From NCBI GenBank assembly GCA_016194835.1, contig JACQAU010000086.1, forward strand, positions 1 through 24,133: a DNA stretch of 24,133 nt. The letters are read 5' to 3'. Made by a program: the position numbers and the translations under genes. The notes beneath the pieces were generated by a model that saw only the letters and a program-made list of their open reading frames with translations, was not told the DNA's origin and made no database searches. Shown piece after piece: positions 16,517 through 24,133 of this stretch (its first letter is position 1; each line of letters opens with the position of its first letter). This stretch comes from Deltaproteobacteria bacterium (GTDB taxonomy: Bacteria; Bdellovibrionota; UBA1018).

Positions 16517-17938
16517 ATGGCCATCCCGGATATCATGCAAACTGGTCGCAGCGGGTTGTATGCAGCAAAAGTTGGCATTGCAACCACGGGCCATAATATT
16601 TCAAACGCAAATACTGAAGGATATTCTAGGCAACGAGTTGAACAAACCACCGATAATCCAAGACCGCATGGGCCTAAGGCTATGATTGGCTCTGGTACTT
16701 TGATTAATCGTATTGATAGGATCAATGACGGCTATATAGAAAAACAAATAAGAAATACAAACAGAGAGCTCGCACACTTTGAAGAAAAAGATGTGGTTTT
16801 AAAACAGACTGAAGATATTTTCAATGAAATGGGGGGCGAGGGATTAAATCGCCTTATGTCTAGATTCTTTAATGAGTTTAGAAAGCTCTCTAATGATCCC
16901 AATAGTGAAGCCATTAGGCAAGCCGTAAGAGAGGCTGCGCAGGCCCTAGTTAATGATTTTCGTCGTTTGCGAAAAGAAGTTAGTGAAGTTGGAAGGCATA
17001 TTGACGCGCGCTTGGATGGACAAGTAAGAGAGATCAATGCACTGGCTGGAACGTTGAAAGATCTGAATATTAAAATCAAAGCACTTTCTGTGACAGGTGC
17101 TTCGCCTAATGATCTTTTAGATCAGAGAGATAAGGTTCTTAAACAGTTGTCTTCATATATGGATCTCTCAATGTATGAAGATAAGGAAGGCAGTTACGTT
17201 GTTGATATAAAGGGCGTTGGGCCATTGGTGGTAGGTGGAGATGTCCAAAAATTTGAAGTCGCTAGAACGCAAGCAGATGGACAGGGAAAATCAGAGGGTG
17301 CTTTGGATATTATTTCTAAGGCCTCGGGTCGTCTGCCTCTCACGCATCAAATTTCAGGCGGCAAAATGGGTGCGATTTTAGAGGTTAGAGATAAAACGTT
17401 ATCAACAATTTTAGATCGTCTCGACGAACTTGCTTATGGCGTTACAGAGAGCGTGAATGAAATTCATAGACAAGGGTTTACACGAGACGGAGTAAGTGGT
17501 GTAAGCTTCTTTAAAAATACAGCAAACAAGCAATCAGCCGCAGAGCTTATCGATCTTTCCGATGCTGTCAAATCAAATGTAAATCATATTGCAACCGCTT
17601 TAGTGCCGGATGCACCTGGGGATAATAGAATAGCTTTAGCTATTTCTGGGATTCAGCACCTAAGGCTTATGAATGACGGTAAAACAACTGTGGATGATTA
17701 TTATAATTCGATTGTGAGCGATGTTGGAGTTGCGGGTGCTAAAACAAGAGAAGCGCTTAATCAACAAAAAGATATTCAAACCCAACTGGGAAAAATTAGA
17801 GAGCAAATTTCAGGCGTGTCAATTGACGAAGAAACCACTCAGCTTTTACAGTATCAGCATGCTTTTGACGCGTCTGCTAAGGTAATTCAAATTGCTGATG
17901 AAATGTTAAAAACGATTTTAGATATAAAGAGAACTTAA
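16517..17938 (+). CDS. flgK: Hook-associated protein FlgK (HAP1)
   Basis: TTGHNISNANTEGYSRQR, PNDLLDQRD and SGVSIDEETTQLLQYQHAFDASAKVI. Confidence 0.97.
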   Translation: MAIPDIMQTGRSGLYAAKVGIATTGHNISNANTEGYSRQRVEQTTDNPRPHGPKAMIGSGTLINRIDRINDGYIEKQIRNTNRELAHFEEKDVVLKQTEDIFNEMGGEGLNRLMSRFFNEFRKLSNDPNSEAIRQAVREAAQALVNDFRRLRKEVSEVGRHIDARLDGQVREINALAGTLKDLNIKIKALSVTGASPNDLLDQRDKVLKQLSSYMDLSMYEDKEGSYVVDIKGVGPLVVGGDVQKFEVARTQADGQGKSEGALDIISKASGRLPLTHQISGGKMGAILEVRDKTLSTILDRLDELAYGVTESVNEIHRQGFTRDGVSGVSFFKNTANKQSAAELIDLSDAVKSNVNHIATALVPDAPGDNRIALAISGIQHLRLMNDGKTTVDDYYNSIVSDVGVAGAKTREALNQQKDIQTQLGKIREQISGVSIDEETTQLLQYQHAFDASAKVIQIADEMLKTILDIKRT

Positions 17939-17944
17939 TATTTT

Positions 17945-18925
17945 ATGCGTGTAACAGAGATGACAAATTATGAAACTGTTCGTAACTCAATAGCCAGGAG
18001 CAAGGGTCGGATGGAAAAGTTACAGCAGCAGTCAGCGACTTTAAAGAAACTAAACACGCCGTCTGATGATCCAGTTGGTGCGGCAAAGATATTAGAGATT
18101 AGGACTGATAAAGTTAATAATGATCAATATCAAATGAATGCGAAGCTGGCTCAGGCTTTTTTAGAAAACACGGATCATGTGTTAGGTGAGCTTTCTGATC
18201 TCATGGTTCGGGCAAAGGAAATTGCAATTGGGCAATCCAGTGGGGCTAGTGCTAATCAGGCCACTCGTTTAGGGGTTGCCGAAGAGGTAACGCAGCTTTA
18301 CAACCAAGCGGTCGCCACGGCGAACAGGCGTATCGGTGATCGATATCTTTTTGGCGGTTACAAGACGGACCGACCACCGATTTCAGAAGACGGAAAATTT
18401 ATAGGCGACGAAGGCCAGATCATGACAGAGGTTGGTAAGGACATTTTTATTTCTATTAATATTTCAGGACATGAGGCATTTAATACAAACCCAAAAAGGG
18501 CAAATATTGGTCCAGAAATACCAGAAATTTATAACGCAAGTGGACGGTTCCCGGCAGAAGAGGATAGTAGTCGCGGAGCTGGTTTAGAAAATGCTAATGT
18601 TTTTGATGAATTACAAAACTTAAGGATTTCGCTCTTAGCTAATGACCAGGAAGGTATTCGCTCTACGTTAGATAGATTTGATCAGATATTTACGCAATTA
18701 AATACGATGAGAGCAAAGGTGGGTTCTAGGGCGCAGGGGGTCATGGGTACAACGCAAGCGCTGGATCGGCACAATGTTACAAATGCCGAGCTAAGTTCTG
18801 CGCTAGAAGATGCCGATATGGCTCAAGTAGCAAGTGATTTAACGAAAGAGGAGACGGTATTTCGAAATGTGTTAGCAAGTGCTCACAAGCTTGTTCAACC
18901 AACGTTGATGGATTTTTTAAAATAA
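17945..18925 (+). CDS. flgL: Hook-associated protein FlgL (HAP3)
   Basis: KLNTPSDDPVGA, RYLFGGYKTD.PP, flagellin-like C-terminus LEDADMA and LVQPTLMDFL. Confidence 0.95.
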   Translation: MRVTEMTNYETVRNSIARSKGRMEKLQQQSATLKKLNTPSDDPVGAAKILEIRTDKVNNDQYQMNAKLAQAFLENTDHVLGELSDLMVRAKEIAIGQSSGASANQATRLGVAEEVTQLYNQAVATANRRIGDRYLFGGYKTDRPPISEDGKFIGDEGQIMTEVGKDIFISINISGHEAFNTNPKRANIGPEIPEIYNASGRFPAEEDSSRGAGLENANVFDELQNLRISLLANDQEGIRSTLDRFDQIFTQLNTMRAKVGSRAQGVMGTTQALDRHNVTNAELSSALEDADMAQVASDLTKEETVFRNVLASAHKLVQPTLMDFLK

Positions 18926-19005
18926 TTTTAAGAGTTTACTTGCATCCGTGCGCAGCTTGGAATATTAGTTTCTACGAGTAATGAAAAGTGTAAAGGAATA
19001 CCAAT

Positions 19006-19236
19006 ATGTTAGTACTCACTCGTAAACTTGGGGAAAGTATTGCAATTGACGACCACATTAAGGTTGTAGTTGTTCAGATCAAAGGAAAGCAAGTACGTTT
19101 GGGGATCCAGGCCCCAAAAGAGACCAAAATACATAGAGAAGAGGTCTATTCAGCCATTAAAGAACAAAATCAACAAGCGGCGTTGAGTCCGCATGTCTCT
19201 GTGGTTGAGGTGTCCAAAGCACTAAAGAGCGGATAA
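19006..19236 (+). CDS. csrA: Carbon storage regulator / translational regulator CsrA
   Basis: MLVLTRKLGESIAI...QVRLGIQAPKETKIHREEVY. Confidence 0.98.
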   Translation: MLVLTRKLGESIAIDDHIKVVVVQIKGKQVRLGIQAPKETKIHREEVYSAIKEQNQQAALSPHVSVVEVSKALKSG

Positions 19237-19334
19237 ATAAGAATATCCCAAACGCCACCTATGAGTATTATTTAATAAGCATGCCACTTGATATTTTTTA
19301 AAAATTATTTAATAGTTTAATGTGGGGGTGGAAT

Positions 19335-19898
19335 GTGATTATAAAAACTGGGCGTTTTGGTCAGGTTACGGTTACTGATGATGCACAAATCATTGTTCCT
19401 CAGGGACTTTTGGGTTTTCCAGAGCTGACAAAATATTTTTTAGTTGATCCTCAAGATGACACATTGATTTTATGGCTGCAGTCTTTAGATAAGCCTGAAC
19501 TTTGTTTTCCAGTTCTTGAGCCTAAGATTTTTAAGCCAGATTATATTGTCAAACTTTCTGCATTAGAGCTTAGAGAATTGAAATTAGAAAAAGCAAGTGG
19601 AGCTATAGTGCTGAGTATTTTAACTATTCCCGAGGACGTTACAAAAATGACGGCAAATCTCAAGGCTCCTGTTGTTATCAATTTGAACGAGAAGACAGCA
19701 AAGCAAGTTGTTCTGCAAGAAAATGAGTTTGTAATTAAACATCAGATGTTCAAAGAATTAAGAACACACTTGCTAACGATACAATCACAGCAGCAAAAGA
19801 CGGCCAAATCACCAGAGCCTATGCTGGCAGAATCCATTCGGGCTGTTTCTCTAAAGACCCTATTTCCCTCCTCTGCTATTAGAGGCTTGAGTAATTAA
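19335..19898 (+). CDS. fliW: Flagellar assembly factor / CsrA antagonist FliW (start probably GTG 19335)
   Basis: TGRFG, PQGLLGFPE, WLQSLDKPELCF, TANLKAPVVIN and AKQVVL; adjacent to csrA. Confidence 0.95.
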   Translation: MIIKTGRFGQVTVTDDAQIIVPQGLLGFPELTKYFLVDPQDDTLILWLQSLDKPELCFPVLEPKIFKPDYIVKLSALELRELKLEKASGAIVLSILTIPEDVTKMTANLKAPVVINLNEKTAKQVVLQENEFVIKHQMFKELRTHLLTIQSQQQKTAKSPEPMLAESIRAVSLKTLFPSSAIRGLSN

Positions 19899-19922
19899 GA
19901 GAATACTTTTTCAGATAAGCAT

Positions 19923-19952
19923 TTGACAACGATAGTAATATTGCGGCATAAT
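19923..19952 (+). promoter_or_regulatory. Putative sigma70 promoter of the ATPase gene
   Basis: TTGACA (19923-19928), 18-nt spacer, CATAAT (19947-19952); the ATG follows 7 nt later. Confidence 0.55.
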
Positions 19953-19959
19953 CCAGTTT

Positions 19960-21123
19960 ATGATCGGAAGAATGCTAACCCCCTTAAATAACAAGAGTTT
20001 TTTCTTATTTGGAGCTCGTGGAGTAGGAAAATCTACGTATTTAGAGAATGTTTATTCTCAAAATCAAGCAGTTTTTGTTGATCTGCTGAATCCAGAGGTT
20101 TTAGACGAGTATATTTTTGAAATTTCAAGATTTACTCAACTTATTTCGAGCGAAGAGAATAGAAATAAGATTATCATCGTGGACGAAATCCAAAAACTTC
20201 CAGCACTGCTCGACATCATTCAGTCCCGAATCCAAAAAGATAAACGGATTTTTATTTTGACAGGTTCTAGCGCCAGAAAACTCAAACAATCAGGGAGTAA
20301 TCTCTTGGCAGGACGTGCACTCGTCTATGCACTCTTTCCATTTTCAACTTTTGAGTTAAAAGACGATTTCCAGCTAGAAAAAGTGCTTAATTTTGGAAGT
20401 TTGCCAGATGCTTATTTTGCTGAAACCGAAGAGCACACCAAAGGATACTTGGATGCTTATGTGGTTACTTATCTCGAAAAGGAAATTCAGCAGGAACAGT
20501 GGGTCCGAAAAATTGAACCCTTCAGAAGGTTTTTGCGAGTGGCCGCTCAAATGAACGGCAAAATCATCAACTACTCTGCGATCGCTAGAGATGTGGGTGC
20601 AGACGACTCTAGCATCAAACAATACTTCGAAATCTTAGAAGATACCTTGCTTGGCTTTATTCTCCCAGCTCACCACAAATCAGTGAGAAAATCTCAGAGA
20701 ATAGCGCCAAAATTTTATTTTTTCGATACAGGAGTCAAGAAAGCAATTGAAAAATCGCTAAACTTCCCGCTGGCACCTTACAGTTCCCCTTATGGTGATG
20801 CTTTTGAACACTGGATTTTTCTTGAGCTGACCAGGTTGATTTCATATTTTCGTAAGGATTGGACTTTAAGCTACTCTAGATCTAAGCATGGCGTCGAAAT
20901 AGATTTTATTATAGAACGCCCTTATGAATCGACAATCCAAGTGGAAGTTAAGTCTAAGAAAAAAGTAAGCGCCACCGACGCCCAAGGACTAGAAACACTC
21001 GGATGCGACCTAGACCCACGTGCAAACCGCTATCTTTTATCTCAAGATCCACTGGTTCAGACCTTTGGTTCTACACAAGCTCTTCCATGGAAGACTGGGC
21101 TTCAGAAAATTTTCCAATTCTGA
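19960..21123 (+). CDS. AAA_14-type ATPase with a C-terminal DUF4143-like (PD-(D/E)xK-like) domain
   Basis: Walker A GARGVGKS, Walker B IIIVDEIQ, LTGSSAR, AGRA, PKFYFFDTG, FEHWI and EIDFII...QVEVKS; 387 aa is typical of this architecture. Confidence 0.88.
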   Translation: MIGRMLTPLNNKSFFLFGARGVGKSTYLENVYSQNQAVFVDLLNPEVLDEYIFEISRFTQLISSEENRNKIIIVDEIQKLPALLDIIQSRIQKDKRIFILTGSSARKLKQSGSNLLAGRALVYALFPFSTFELKDDFQLEKVLNFGSLPDAYFAETEEHTKGYLDAYVVTYLEKEIQQEQWVRKIEPFRRFLRVAAQMNGKIINYSAIARDVGADDSSIKQYFEILEDTLLGFILPAHHKSVRKSQRIAPKFYFFDTGVKKAIEKSLNFPLAPYSSPYGDAFEHWIFLELTRLISYFRKDWTLSYSRSKHGVEIDFIIERPYESTIQVEVKSKKKVSATDAQGLETLGCDLDPRANRYLLSQDPLVQTFGSTQALPWKTGLQKIFQF

Positions 21124-21158
21124 CAGAGGCAGCACCAAGGATTATCAGGATAATAGAG

Positions 21159-21196
21159 TTATTAGTCTTGACTAATAATTAGTCTTAGCTTATGCT
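21159..21196 (+). promoter_or_regulatory. TA operon sigma70 promoter with an overlapping palindromic operator
   Basis: TTGACT (21168-21173), 17-nt spacer, TATGCT (21191-21196). Inverted repeats TTATTAGTC-TT-GACTAATAA (21159-21178) and GACTAAT-A-ATTAGTC (21170-21184). Confidence 0.75.
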
Positions 21197-21202
21197 CATG
21201 AA

Positions 21203-21538
21203 GTGTTGAAGGTTAAATTCTACCTAAAGAGTTCGGGTCGTAGCCCGGTGGAAGAATTTCTTGCTGATTGCTCATATGAGCTAAGATCAGTTTTTTTTGA
21301 TGCCATGAGTCTTTTGGATATGGGGCAGTCACTTGCAATGCCTTTAAGTAGAAATCTAGCAAACATATACCATGGGTTGCACGAGCTACGGTTAAGGGAT
21401 CGAACCGGTCAAGTTAGGATATTCTATTTTATCAAGAAGGGCGAAGCTATTTACTTATTACATGCGTTCAAAAAAAAGACTCAAGAATTACCCAGGAAGG
21501 AAATTGAAGTGACATTAAACAGGATACGGGAGATTTAG
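21203..21538 (+). CDS. Type II toxin, RelE/ParE superfamily (HigB/Gp49-like)
   Basis: FY...GRSPVEEFL, LHELRLR, RIFYF and LLHAFKKKTQELPRKEI; lies upstream of an HTH gene. Confidence 0.9.
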   Translation: MLKVKFYLKSSGRSPVEEFLADCSYELRSVFFDAMSLLDMGQSLAMPLSRNLANIYHGLHELRLRDRTGQVRIFYFIKKGEAIYLLHAFKKKTQELPRKEIEVTLNRIREI

Positions 21539-21542
21539 ATTT

Positions 21543-21824
21543 ATGGCTTGGAAAGAAATGTCTGTTAATGTATTAGCAAAAGCTTTAGATGTGAACCCTA
21601 TGGAGGTAAGGGAAAAGCAGAAGCTTATTCAGCTTATTGTGAAGACTCGAAAAAAAGAAGGAGTCTCGCAGGCTACTCTTGCCAAAAAAGTTGGCGTTAC
21701 CCAGAGTCGAATTGCTCAGATAGAATCTGGCGTGGGGACTGCTAAAGTTACTTTCGATATTCTGCTTAATGTTCTCAATACTTTGGGTTATGAATTTAAA
21801 ATCGAGTTTAAAAAGGCGGCTTGA
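21543..21824 (+). CDS. XRE/Cro-HTH antitoxin (HigA-like)
   Basis: RKKEGVSQATLAKKVGVTQSRIAQIESG; 4 nt downstream of the toxin gene. Confidence 0.88.
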   Translation: MAWKEMSVNVLAKALDVNPMEVREKQKLIQLIVKTRKKEGVSQATLAKKVGVTQSRIAQIESGVGTAKVTFDILLNVLNTLGYEFKIEFKKAA

Positions 21825-21842
21825 TCTGAAGTTGCACAATTT

Positions 21843-23024
21843 TCAAAGATCTTTGTGATTGGCTGCGGTATAAGCGTAAAAAATTAAAATCAAGTGTGCA
21901 AGCATCATGATGGATAATGCCTCAAACTTTCCCGATAGGGATGTACCAATGTAATCCAATCCTGTTAAATTCATAAAAGTAAACGTTAATGCTATAGGAA
22001 AAAGTTTATACATTTTTCGTCCTTGTAAAAACAAAAGATCGCGCAATATTAAAAAAGCAAGAGGAAATGAAAACACGAAATAAGGTTTCCACACTAAATG
22101 TAAAGGCAGAAGTATAATCCCAACTAAAAGGGCATATTTTTGGATGGACTGTTTTTGTGTTATTAAAATTTTTAGGAAAAAAACCAGAACGGCTATTATC
22201 CATGCAATACATAACAAGAACAGTGTTTTTTCAGAAAAAAGATTGAATCCAAACTGCACGGGCTCAGGCCCATAAGAAATGATATGAATAGGTTTTCCGC
22301 TAAATAATCTATATAAAAGCGCTAAAACAGACTGATTGTGAGACTCTAGTGGAAAGCCCTTGCTCGCTAAGGCATTATACCACTGCGATAAGAGAGTCTG
22401 AAAATTTTGAAATCCCAACACCACAGGAAATAATATTGACAATAAGGCCCCAGCTAAAGAGCTTATATAGGCAGCTTTTCTTCTCTCAAACCAAGGTATT
22501 AACAGCAATGGTAAAATAAGTGGTTTCATGACCGCAACAATGCCCAAAAAAAACCAACTAAGTGTTGTTTGTGAACAAAGTGCCCATAGTGAAAAAACCA
22601 AAAGGAAGATATTTATTTGACCATACTGAAAGTCAATTAGAAGTGGGCGGGAAATAAAAATCAGTGACCATAAGTATAAAGGCAAATAAAGTGAGTTATC
22701 ATTTTTTGCATATGGTTTTAGGATAAAAAACAATAACACTAATGATATAATTTTTAAGGTATTCCAAAATAAAAATGAAATATGAAAAGGCATCCACGCC
22801 AAAGGGCTTAGTAAGCAGGCAAAACTTGGAGAATACAAAAAGCGATCAGGAGAGTTGTTGTAAATATCACTGGCTTGGCCTGATAAAACCAGTTTCCATG
22901 CATGGTAAAAGACATTGAAATCTTGCCCACCTCTTTGAGTTGTGATCCAGATTCCAGAAATCATGAGTACAAAAACGGAAAATAAACCGCTCGGTAAAAA
23001 ATAACGCGCATATTTAGGTATCAC
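21843..23024 (-). CDS. GT87/DUF2029-like polytopic membrane glycosyltransferase (GT-C fold)
   Basis: DFNVFY..W, FLYSPSFA.L..PL, DFQYGQINI, KP and HNQS, plus many TM segments. Confidence 0.82.
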   Translation of the reverse strand: MIPKYARYFLPSGLFSVFVLMISGIWITTQRGGQDFNVFYHAWKLVLSGQASDIYNNSPDRFLYSPSFACLLSPLAWMPFHISFLFWNTLKIISLVLLFFILKPYAKNDNSLYLPLYLWSLIFISRPLLIDFQYGQINIFLLVFSLWALCSQTTLSWFFLGIVAVMKPLILPLLLIPWFERRKAAYISSLAGALLSILFPVVLGFQNFQTLLSQWYNALASKGFPLESHNQSVLALLYRLFSGKPIHIISYGPEPVQFGFNLFSEKTLFLLCIAWIIAVLVFFLKILITQKQSIQKYALLVGIILLPLHLVWKPYFVFSFPLAFLILRDLLFLQGRKMYKLFPIALTFTFMNLTGLDYIGTSLSGKFEALSIMMLAHLILIFYAYTAANHKDL

Positions 23025-23598
23025 AAGGCAATTCCTTGAGAAACGACGGGGGTTTGAAAAAATCTTTCAAAAATGCAAAGGGAGGATTTTTGTAATTATA
23101 TTCTAAATCCAGTAACCATTTTTTTAATTGCATTTCCGCATTATTTTGATTCGTAGTTCCCATAAAACCACCCAAAGATGATTGACTTATAACGCGATGA
23201 CAGGGGATGAGTACAGGAAAGGGATTGATTTTTAAGGCTTGTCCAACAGCACGGGTAGCCTTGGAGTTTCCCATTTGACGGGCGATCCATGCATAAGTTT
23301 TTGTTTCACCATGTGGTATTTTTTGAGTTGCTCTGTAAACATCGGTCTGGAAAGACGTTAGGTCGCTAGTTGCTAGTAGGTCCCATGTACAAGACATAAT
23401 AGGACTGCCGGTGTCAAAATAGATTTTTAAGGAATCTACCAGAGCATTTAAAGTATCTGGTAGTGATGCAATAGAATTTGCTAATAATTGCTTATGTGAA
23501 AGCTGAAAATAAAGTTTTTTCAATAAAACTTGGGTTTCGTTTTTAATATCTAAGTCCAAGTTAATCCAGCCAGTTTTGGTTTCAAAGGTGTAGAACAT
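23014..23598 (-). CDS. ogt: Methylated-DNA-protein-cysteine methyltransferase (Ogt/MGMT family; start probably ATG 23598)
   Basis: IPHGETKTY..IA, RAVGQAL..NP and the active-site motif IPCHRV. Confidence 0.9.
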   Translation of the reverse strand: MFYTFETKTGWINLDLDIKNETQVLLKKLYFQLSHKQLLANSIASLPDTLNALVDSLKIYFDTGSPIMSCTWDLLATSDLTSFQTDVYRATQKIPHGETKTYAWIARQMGNSKATRAVGQALKINPFPVLIPCHRVISQSSLGGFMGTTNQNNAEMQLKKWLLDLEYNYKNPPFAFLKDFFKPPSFLKELPCDT

Positions 23599-23675
23599 AA
23601 TAGAGCAAGTAATATACACTTAGGTTGCCAGGATGGAAAGGATTTCTGATAGGATTTATGACAAGTCCTTAGATG

Positions 23676-24053
23676 TTATTTTTTTGGACTCATAAAATAA
23701 TCAATGAGCGTATCTAAGTCTCCGTCGTCATCAAGCTTTTTTCTGTGTTTTTTATTTCCTCTCTTTATTTGCTGTGTTAGGAATTTTTTAAGAAATGTTT
23801 TTGGATCGGCTTCCTTCATGGTTTCATCAGAAAGTTTAGAGAGATCAGGTGGTTTTTTAGCGCCATCGTCATCATCTCCTGACTCAGCTTTTTGTCCTAC
23901 AATTCCCTCTGTCTTCATAGAATGACATTTTGTGCATTTTTTTTCTTTAAAGAAGTTAAGTGCTTTTTCTTTATCAACAGCCCACGTTGGTGAGCTAAAG
24001 AAAAAACACATTACCAGTGCGGACAAAAATACAACCATTAGTTTATTATTCAT
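23676..24053 (-). CDS. Small periplasmic monoheme c-type cytochrome (start probably ATG 24053)
   Basis: Signal peptide ending TWA; a single CxxCH (CTKCH, 23922-23936); PPDLS segment; G-rich SD upstream. Confidence 0.82.
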   Translation of the reverse strand: MNNKLMVVFLSALVMCFFFSSPTWAVDKEKALNFFKEKKCTKCHSMKTEGIVGQKAESGDDDDGAKKPPDLSKLSDETMKEADPKTFLKKFLTQQIKRGNKKHRKKLDDDGDLDTLIDYFMSPKK

Positions 24054-24133
24054 AATTTTCCCCCCCAAAACCCTTTTTCAGCAGAATCTATTTAATATTT
24101 TTGACTGCTTTAAAAAAAAAGTAAATAAAATAA

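Noticed and set aside
19006-19898. csrA-fliW inside the flagellar cluster as a new system
   Set aside because: This is the established flagellin-FliW-CsrA partner-switching module with ancestral synteny.
34-23925. Other short overlapping ORFs in the track (e.g. 34-312, 1535-1846, 2017-2250, 3751-3963, 6866-7126, 13255-13488, 15594-15815, 16732-17079, 20374-20622, 23704-23925)
   Set aside because: They overlap well-supported genes on the opposite strand or in another frame and show no family motifs.

Overview
AT-rich bacterial window. Gene order and protein style suggest a Bdellovibrionota/Oligoflexia-like or deltaproteobacterial genome, but this is inference only. Order: patatin-like C-terminus (partial); class A PBP1A broken by an apparent frameshifting deletion; TonB-C protein; gcvP convergent on folD-gcvT-gcvH; a secreted His/Met-rich repeat protein and a putative outer-membrane beta-barrel; the flagellar cluster flgF-G-A-H-I-J-M-N-K-L-csrA-fliW; an accessory islet (AAA_14/DUF4143-like ATPase-nuclease plus a toxin-first RelE/HigB-HTH pair, both possibly leaderless); then, on the minus strand, cytochrome c, ogt and a GT87-like glycosyltransferase. 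The most unusual signal is a 28-nt REP-like palindrome (TAGKAGATCTGC-TAWT-GCAGATCTMCAA). It sits in-frame in the 3' ends of both flgJ and flgM, shows a compensatory base-pair change between the two copies, and is expanded to three tandem 30-bp units in flgM. No rRNA, tRNA, CRISPR array or transposase was recognised.
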